Part shown: piece by piece, positions 55,575 through 64,000 of the stretch
Position numbering within the stretch: the stretch's first letter is position 1
Layout: every line of letters begins with the position of its first letter
Assembly (NCBI GenBank): GCA_973851085.1
Contig: OZ316775.1
Location: forward strand, 9,114,001 to 9,178,000
DNA from: Ptychomitrium polyphyllum
Lineage: Eukaryota
DNA length: 64,000 nt
Direction of reading: 5' to 3'
Notes under the pieces: generated by a model
Seen by the model: the letters and a program-made list of their open reading frames with translations, nothing else
Database searches by the model: none
Told to the model about the DNA's origin: nothing
Position numbers and translations under genes: made by a program

Positions 55575-55774
55575 CTTGCTAAGGTACATTACAAGGATTG
55601 CGATAGTAAGGGTTTTAAAAAGGAAGTCAACTAAAATTTGCTTGCTAACATGCATTTGGATGGTTGAATTGGTGGTAGGAGAGATCTTATAGACGTATGT
55701 CACTATATATTAGTAGGAAAAGTCTAAAGATTCATGGCAGACACCAATCTTAATAAAGTGGTTAGAGTTGTTAA

Positions 55775-55951
55775 TGTTAGGAACACAAGAAACAAGAAGT
55801 AGAAACGAAGTGTTTTCCAAGAATTAGCTTTTAAGGAGCTAATGATTAACAAGAACTTGATACAAAGATTAAAACAAGGCAGGATTCAAGATGATCCACA
55901 ACTTGTATTGGCAAGACTAAGGAATACCTTATCTTCCTTCCTATTTATACT
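55775..55951 (-). mobile_element. Partial LTR (U5/R through TATA) of the element A family
   Basis: TGTTAGGAACACAAGAAACAAG...TTGGCAAGACTAAGG...CTATTTATACT matches 22788..22964. Confidence 0.9.
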
Positions 55952-57688
55952 AAATTGAACTTGGTGGAGTGATTTACTAATTTCTTTGTCAACTAATATG
56001 GAGATTTTTAGATGGTATTAGTGAATAATGCAACTTAATATGAGAAAAGTCAAGTGATAGAATTGATGCAACTTCCTCCAAAAGTTGAATTTTCAAATGT
56101 AACAGAAGCATTTTAGCTTGTTTACACTTTTATTAAACAGCATTTTATGACAATTGATCATCTTACTTCAAGCTAAAATCTATTAAAAGTGTTTAGCAAA
56201 ATTTCAAATCTAGTGTATTATTGATAAGTATTTTTCAATAGTATATTTGCCCAGTGTAAAAAATAATTAATTGTTGTATTATTCCATATATACCTCTCAT
56301 TACCAATAATAATTATTGTTTGCAACCTTCATCCTAGATTTATGTCACTTACATAGATATGAACTTGTAAAAATTGGCCCTCTTTATATTGTATATATGT
56401 TATACCTCTTTAAATGTTAGTATTTTCCCCTTATCATTTAAGGAGGGTCGATTGTATGCATCTCAGTACCTCCGCACATCCATCCAGTATTTATGTGTGA
56501 AAATGATGATCTTCGGTTACTCCCATGAGAAGTTACTTGTAAATGCTCTTGGTTCCTGGTAAAGGATCCAGGAATGGTGATCTTTTAAGTTCAAGTGCAT
56601 GGACAAGGATTGTGGTGGCGGTTACAGTTTTGATGTACACTTTTAAGTCCTACAGGTGAGAGGAGGTTGTCATTCTCCAACTTTACATTATTATTGATGA
56701 CAATATCCAGGAGAGTTATGAAGATCTTGTGCACTTTGTTAAGTAGGGGTGTGTACGTCTTGCATTGCGACTGCTGTGATGATTTGTAACATCCTGCATT
56801 TCGGTTTTGGGACATGAACCTATAAAGTAACGGTGTTGACAGTGCTGGCAAGAATTATACTATGAATTAATAGAGAGATTTCTGTAGGTACTTAGGTGAC
56901 GATGAAAATGGTGTTGAAGAAAGTGATCTAGTGCAATGCGTTTAGCAACATTGCCTTCCTGTAGCTTTTGAATGGACACGGGGAGCCTGCAGAACACTTG
57001 AACCTTGTAATAAATTTTCACTAATACTACGGATCTGAGAATGATATGGCATATTCATAATATTCAAACAGGACATTATGTGATAGGGAATAGAAGAATT
57101 TTCCTTTGAAAGAACGAACAGAGCTGATTCATGGTTCAGTTTTCCTTCGAGGACTTAGGCAGGTTGAATGGTGGTACTATGGCTCAAATTTGACTTAGAA
57201 AAACATTTCCACTGATTGTTTAGTAAATATGTTCAAATTCTGATTGTGAATCTGGTCTCTCCATTGGTTTATGATAGGTCGGCATATTTAAATTACCAGA
57301 AAGCAAAGCCTTTTCGGTAAGTGCACAACACATGAAGACATCGTTTGGCATCCACTACCAAACAAAAATTCTCAGCAGAAAGTAGTTTCTAAAACAAGTT
57401 CTTTCGCAATTACCAGCACAATCAGTTCCTTATTTTGGAGTCCATCAGGCTGACCAATTTCAGCTCAACAAATTAGATTTTCATTCCTCTTTCTGCTTAC
57501 CATTTCTGTGCTTCCACCTTCGAGACTAGGAAACATTATTGAACTGGAATACATAAAATGAGCGTACCTCTGCATATAGATCCTGATGATCGAATTTCAC
57601 ATAAACACCATCATCTCCTAGGTAACCTATTTATGACATAATCTCAATATAAGTACTGATCACAGGTCCTTCAGAGGCAAGAATATGT

Positions 57689-59296
57689 TCAAGGTTCCGC
57701 TGGAGCCAGGAGTTGTGGCAAAGCATTCTCAAACAAATTTTCTGCTAGTAAGCTATATGCACGAGTGGTGGGATGGAAGCTGTCCCACCATATGTATGAA
57801 TAAGCATCTTTGCAGGTGCCAATTGAAGCCATGTTGCATAAAATGGCAGTTTCAAGAACCCCAGAACCACAACATCCAATCCTTGTCTCATTAAAACCTG
57901 CACGAGTGTAAAAATAGTCTGTGAATCACTTGCAAAGCAGTAGACACTAACCAGCAAGTATGTAGTGAAGGAAGTGCATCAAACAGGCTGCCTTGTTAGC
58001 TAGAGAATGAATTATATGTACCATATTGTTGTGGGTTGTGGACAAAGCTGTCAAGTGGATTATATATATCAAGGTATATAAGACGGCCTCCGTGAAGATT
58101 CAGCTTGAGACTTTTGACCTTGGCTTGCAACAGCTGATTGAACTTGATTACAACGTTGTTGATGTCCTGAACACAACCTGGCTTGCCTTTGCCGTGCAGG
58201 CTTATTTGAGAAGGGAGGCACCCAAGTGGTGGTAGATCCAATACTGCAATGTTGCGACCACCCAAATCATAGAGCTCCTGTAATTGAGTTTATAAACATA
58301 GTCAGATCCTCCGGATCCCTATACCAAACTTCTTTTAAAAATTAACTTTAATTCAACCAAAAGCGGTGCAATTTGATGCACCTTGATGTAGGAGTCCACA
58401 AGGTTGATGAGGAAGATGGTGTAGGTGTCGGGGGTGTATTTGTTCATCAGTTCAATGTTTAAATAGTAATTGTTAACCCAGTCATTTGAACCAGTACTGA
58501 AGATGTAGACAGCTTTGCTGATAATATAGTTTCCCTTCTCTTGACCAACCAATGACACCACCTCTTTCTTCCAATTCTTGTACCACAAAAACTGTTCTGT
58601 CAAACCTTTGACATTCTGCACAAGAAACATCACTTAGACATCTTCTTAGTACCTTTAAGCCGGCACATGCAAGATGTGTATAACAATGTGCACTTCAAGA
58701 ATGAAGCAAGATTTACTCAATCAGAACTGGGTCATGGTTATGGTATATCCACTTACGAAATGTTTGGCTGTGTTGTCGTCCCAACCAGAAGCCGATGATG
58801 CGAAGTTGATCCCAGTGAGAATGGCATTGCCATGTGCATCGGGTGCCAAGTATGGTAGCGCTAGTGGATAGCCGATTCTCTCCGCTGCAGTTATCCATTT
58901 CAGAGCCAAAAACTATTTAGGAAAAGGAAGGGTCTATCGGAAAACTACAGCTAAGTATGCCAGAAAGTTAACTTGTGCTTCATATGGTCCACACTTACTG
59001 ATAAAGTCGACGACAATCTTTCCGTCACAGAAGCGACCAGTAGGTGCACGCGCTTCAAACTTTCTACCATAGGGCTCGAAGTTGCTTTTCACCACGGTGG
59101 CAAGATAATTGTTGTTGCCGCAATCCACAGTGGAGTCCCCAAATATGACCACAGCCGACACATACTGCTTGTAATCCATGTCCATCTTTGAGTTCCTGGT
59201 CATCAACTCACCTCGTTGTAGCCCCAAAGCTCCAACTGCGCTCATAAAGAGCACCAAAGCATGAAGTGCAATGCTGGCTCCACACAATAACGCCAT
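57689..59296 (-). CDS. GDSL esterase/lipase (374 aa); exons complement(58999..59296, 58757..58884, 58382..58615, 58022..58277, 57689..57897)
   Basis: Signal peptide, [63 protein letters not shown]; canonical 5-exon structure, 1125 nt in frame. Confidence 0.96.
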
Positions 59297-62200
59297 AAGC
59301 TCTTTCAAGGCAATTGGTGCAGCTGGTCAAGGTTATGAGCTTCGACTTGTAGGATTTGCGTACATTATCATGCTCTAATATATTACCCTCAAGCATTTCA
59401 TTTGCACTGCCTATGGGCCTGAGCCTAAGTAAAAGATTGATGTGCCTTGTATCAGGATAAGATCAGAGAGCTGACCTAATACCCGAGCACTTGAAGGTGA
59501 GACAGGGCATCACTACAACTTGTAAGAGAGCATGCAGGTCCTCTGTTCTGGAAGGGTGATGGCTGGGTTCAGTAAAGTCCTAGAAGAGGTTTAATACATG
59601 TACACCTTGAACCAAAGACGAAAATTAAACTAAAAGTGCAGCTTGAAGTGCCTTTCAAATCACTGAAGTGCTGAAACGAGAATCACACACGTAGCCTCCT
59701 CCAAAAAGTACTGTTTAAGGAAGGCATAAAATTCAAATTTAGGAACAAGAAGGGAGCGAGACAGCCTTGTAAGCACAATTCACAACCAGAAACATTTGAC
59801 AAGTGTTTGGCGCTGGCAATGGCTATTGGCGATCAGAATAGGACGTCGAAGTTCAGTTGAGCACGTACAGATGAACCAGGAGTCCGAGACACTGTTTCAT
59901 AATTCTAATCAGGAAGTACTAAAATTTTGTAAGATCTGAACATTGTCCTACGGACTTGCAAACGCATAAATGATCACTCAGGTCCGAAGTACACACTTAA
60001 CAGTGCAATAAATCACTCCTTTTTTAGACAAATGGAAAGGCAAGGTGATGATGACCGTCTCTAGTTTAGTAACCCTTCAGAATCAGAGCTGTAACCCTTT
60101 AAAAGTTGACACAAAGTAGATGCAGTGACCTCCTACAAACAGTTTTCAATCCATGTGTGAAGCCATTTCAAATGCCTAAACTTACCGAAGCAGGCAGTGG
60201 TCTCATAATTTCCTTCCACTGTTTGCGGACACAATATTCTCTCTGGAAATGGCCAAGGGCAATGGCCACTCACCTTAAATTTGTCCACATAATCGTGCAC
60301 ATTATCCAAACAATGAAGCTTGCAGCTGGCATATTAAATCACAATACATCAGAACACAAATCATTCATTAACATCATCCCTTCAGCACAATCGTACCGAG
60401 ATAAGACGTGAGAGAAATACCACTCTTAAATTGCACTTAACTTGCAGCCCTACGTCAATGGCCAACCACACAATGAATACCTGGCTATGATATGATAGGA
60501 CTTAAAGTTAAGTACTCTTCTTGTTATGAGAAGTAAAGATCAGTGTGTTGCACAATTTTGCTTATGGTTAATCCCTGCTTGCTTTAGATGCATGCTGCAG
60601 AATCCCAATTTGCCAATCTTGTGAGGACATCTGGCTGGACGAGTCATAGTTGATCCAGTAGTTTCCATTCCAGAATTGATGGTATGCCCACATGCAGCTG
60701 TAGTCGAACAGTGTTTCACATAGTACTAGGTAGGAGGAGTGTGAGAAACCCTGGCAACAGAACCGCACACAGAAGTACGGTCAGGTCCAAGAAATTAAAT
60801 ACTGATTGAGACAAAATTGAAGGCACATTAGGGTCAACAGTTCACAGCTTATTAGAACTGTCATTGGTACCTCCTCTAATCATAACAACTGCAGAGCAAC
60901 TTATTCAAGAAATTCTACTGATTAGCAGGTTCAGCAGCCACAATGTACCACTGCTTGAATAGCCTACCTGATTAGCCTAGGGAACTAATACTTGGTGACG
61001 GTGTCAGTCCCTGAAAAACTAAGCTGGTAGTGGATACTGTGATTCGCAGTGTCAAAGTTCCCATGAACTTATGTCACATTTAAAACATCGCCTGAAGCTT
61101 CTGTAGTTGTCCATGCATGGCTCACTACTCCATTTAACAGCTCTAAAACAAAACCTTGAAGCCCTCTTATTCGAATATGGCTTGCCTTTCTTTCTGCAAG
61201 AGATACTGAACTGTGGGGTCAAATCAATCTAAGTGCTAAACAGAATCACTTGACCTTGTCCGGCTAGAATGTAATTTCTGCTTCATGAGTTGCAAACCTG
61301 GAGCTTTCAAATCTCAGTTCTCAATGGTGCGTTGAGTAAAAGTACGTGTAGTCTTCTGCAACTGCCAGGATCTTGAAAAATCTTAGAACAAATTCTGTTC
61401 CAAGTGGAATTTGAAATTATCCCATTTCACGGATCAACATTATCTTTAAGTAATCAGTTGTGCTCACCCAGTTTGGCTGTGTCATTGAAAAACACATACA
61501 AGAAGTCAAGAATAATCTATACTACGCCATTTCGGTGCGACACAAATCAGTCTTGGAGGTTTTCACTTCATACGTTTCAATTTTGAAGTGGAAAATTCTG
61601 TTATTGCTAAACTGAATGATCACGTTCAACAGAATTACAAAGCTAGCATTACTAATTAACTACCAAAATTTGGCCGTGTATACACAAATAATTGTTCAAG
61701 TGAATGGGACAGAATCCGGTTGGGAACGTGAATTAAAACTTCATGAAGAAGGCCTTTCAGAGTGTCCCTGTCTCTGAGAGCAACGACATTTATGTGCTTT
61801 GATGAAGGGACTAATCTTATTAATGTACTATGGAGATGAGGTTTACTCCCCTGGGGCTCTGTAATGTAACTAGGACAGCTAGCTCTTGTAGAAACATGGT
61901 ACATGAGACTTACGTCAACTGATTTTCCAGGTTACATCAATGGCTCTGGATGCATAGCTGGCGACAGCCCCTTGCATGTTGTGGTTGCTAACGAAATCGT
62001 TATTACAATTTATGAAAGTCTCCATGGCCTGTCACTAAACGATTTTCGACCTAATGGAAGGTCTTGACAGGTTTAAGCGGGACCTGAATTTAATTCTCAT
62101 CTTATGAGCTGTTGTTCTCATTCAGATGCTTCTGGTTTTCTAAAATTCTCAGCACCTGTGGTGTTTCTCAAATTGATGTAAGTTGAAATTGTCCGAATTG

Positions 62201-63847
62201 TGAACGCTTAGAAGAATGTGGGGTCCAGATTGATAGATTTGGTTTTGCACCATATTCAAGTGAGGCATGTTGGTGGATATTGATTCGGAATTGATGCAAG
62301 CTCTTGAGCTGTCACGATACAACCTTCAACAATTTTCGGCTAGTACTGCTCCTAATGTTGCCTTGCATATACTCTGCATTGATTCAAGCCACCCGCACAA
62401 CGGGCAGTCAACATGCAACAAGTAAGACTTCTTCACAGTTGTGTCTTGGTCGTACTGTGACAGCGTCGGGTTGTGTCCTGTATGTAGGAGCTGGGTAGGA
62501 GCTCTAAATACTTCTCTCGCACAAGAATTCAACCTTAGGAGGAGTTGTAGCTCACCTCAGAAGCTTGACATTCTCAGGTTTCCTGCATGACTACGGGCAA
62601 GGCTGCCCAAGTCAACAATCTTCAATGTTTGCCAAAACTATTCCAGTTACGTTTTTGAAAGAATTGCTCCTAGTACGATTGATTGTGTGGTTGAGAATCG
62701 ATATAAGAGCTCACAAATAGGGATTTTGCGCTGGAACTATGAGTGACAATATTCTATTGCTGAAATTATGCCCACTGCTCACAAGGGAAGTACTGCATCT
62801 AAGCAATAACCCTTAGAGATTGCTACCAGTTCCCAAATCAGAAGGTATATAGAATAAGTGAATTACATGCAGCAGTATCTTTGCGCTTGGGGCAATGACG
62901 CAGTTAGTGAGGTTTTGCCGAGACGCGTCAATTGCTGGTTGAAAACTATTTCCAACCCCCCTGCGGTGCTCGTATGAGCGCCCCAGAATTTCTGAAAGGT
63001 TGGCCCTAGGCTCCAACCTCCAATCGATTCACTAAACAGGGCGAATTTGATAGAATTGTATTACAAAAATTAGACTGGAGTCGCTAGCACCACCTGCCAT
63101 CGAAATATGCAGTCCGCAGAAATAGAATGTGCGTTGTGGATTCGAAAGCCAAGGTAGGGACAGGCAAGATGGCAAGATGGATAAACATGTAACAAGTAAA
63201 CTCTGTCAATTCATCAGCAGCTACTTTTAAGTTCATGTTCAAAGATTGAGTGATATACCAGTCGTGATATGATGCGACTCTAACAAACCCACGGTATCAC
63301 CCATTCCTAACCAAGTCACCAATTCGTAACTATGTGAGAAGCATGAAGGGAAAACCCTCGAATGTAATTTTGCAATAAAACAACCCACCGTAATATTCTA
63401 CAAACACAATTTCAAACTTACAAGCAGGTTAGAAAAAGCCACTTGCTGGGAACAGACTTCCCAACCCCGCCCAAGATATTGAGAGTTGATACAACAGTAT
63501 CGAAGGACAAATGGAGGCTATGTTCTGCAATCCTAGTGAATGACAATTTGTGACTGGATTTTTAAAAATTAAGTGCATATATAAATATTAACTGGATGAT
63601 CAACTGCATGATCAGCTGCATGATCAAAACAAATGTATACACCCACTGCACCTTGAAAGTTTACGATGGACTCCCTGTTCCTTGTATCAAGAGAGCCATG
63701 TCTGAACAACAGCATGCGCACAAGTTCATATTAATCAATTGAGCACTAGGCAAACTGTATGTCGCCATCAACATCAGCCACTCGACGTCCAAGGCTGTGG
63801 CCATGCATGCCTCCCTGGCGATTGAAGCATCAATAAATCGCTTGTCC

Positions 63848-63960
63848 TCTTCATTTAGCTTGTCTTCGTAATATCCGAGCAGCATGGTCAAGCAATGCAT
63901 CGGTCGTTCTCTTCATTTTAGGGTGTCTTCATAATATCCGAGCAGCTCGGTCGAGCAATG
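63848..63960. repeat. ~62-bp imperfect tandem duplication
   Basis: TCTTCATTT..TGTCTTC(G/A)TAATATCCGAGCAGC..GGTC(A/G)AGCAATG occurs twice. Confidence 0.75.
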
Positions 63961-64000
63961 ATTGCGCCCTAGAAGCGACCTCATCGTATTGGATTAAGAA

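Overview
Eukaryotic plant genomic DNA. The intron style, gene set and Gypsy family point to a moss (Physcomitrium/Funariaceae-like; this is an inference). Gene islands alternate with AT-rich transposon debris. Genes reconstructed by hand with GT-AG introns and intact frames: a secreted protein with two tandem DUF3455-like domains, a class III peroxidase plus a truncated duplicate of its promoter and exon 1, adenylate kinase 6 (Fap7), an intronless 556-aa membrane protein of fungal appearance, phosphopantothenate-cysteine ligase, LTV1 and a GDSL lipase. Positions ~17.9-38.0 kb are a nest of Ty3/Gypsy chromoviruses and solo LTRs. The best-preserved copy (22788-29214) shows three unusual features: a 12-nt self-complementary primer site instead of a tRNA PBS (Tf1-like self-priming), a PEG10-like -1 frameshift stem/pseudoknot between gag and pol, and a cryptic third ORF (~200-220 codons) that overlaps the pol stop (TGATG) and fills the pol-to-3'LTR interval. 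All family assignments come from motif recognition by eye; no database search was run.
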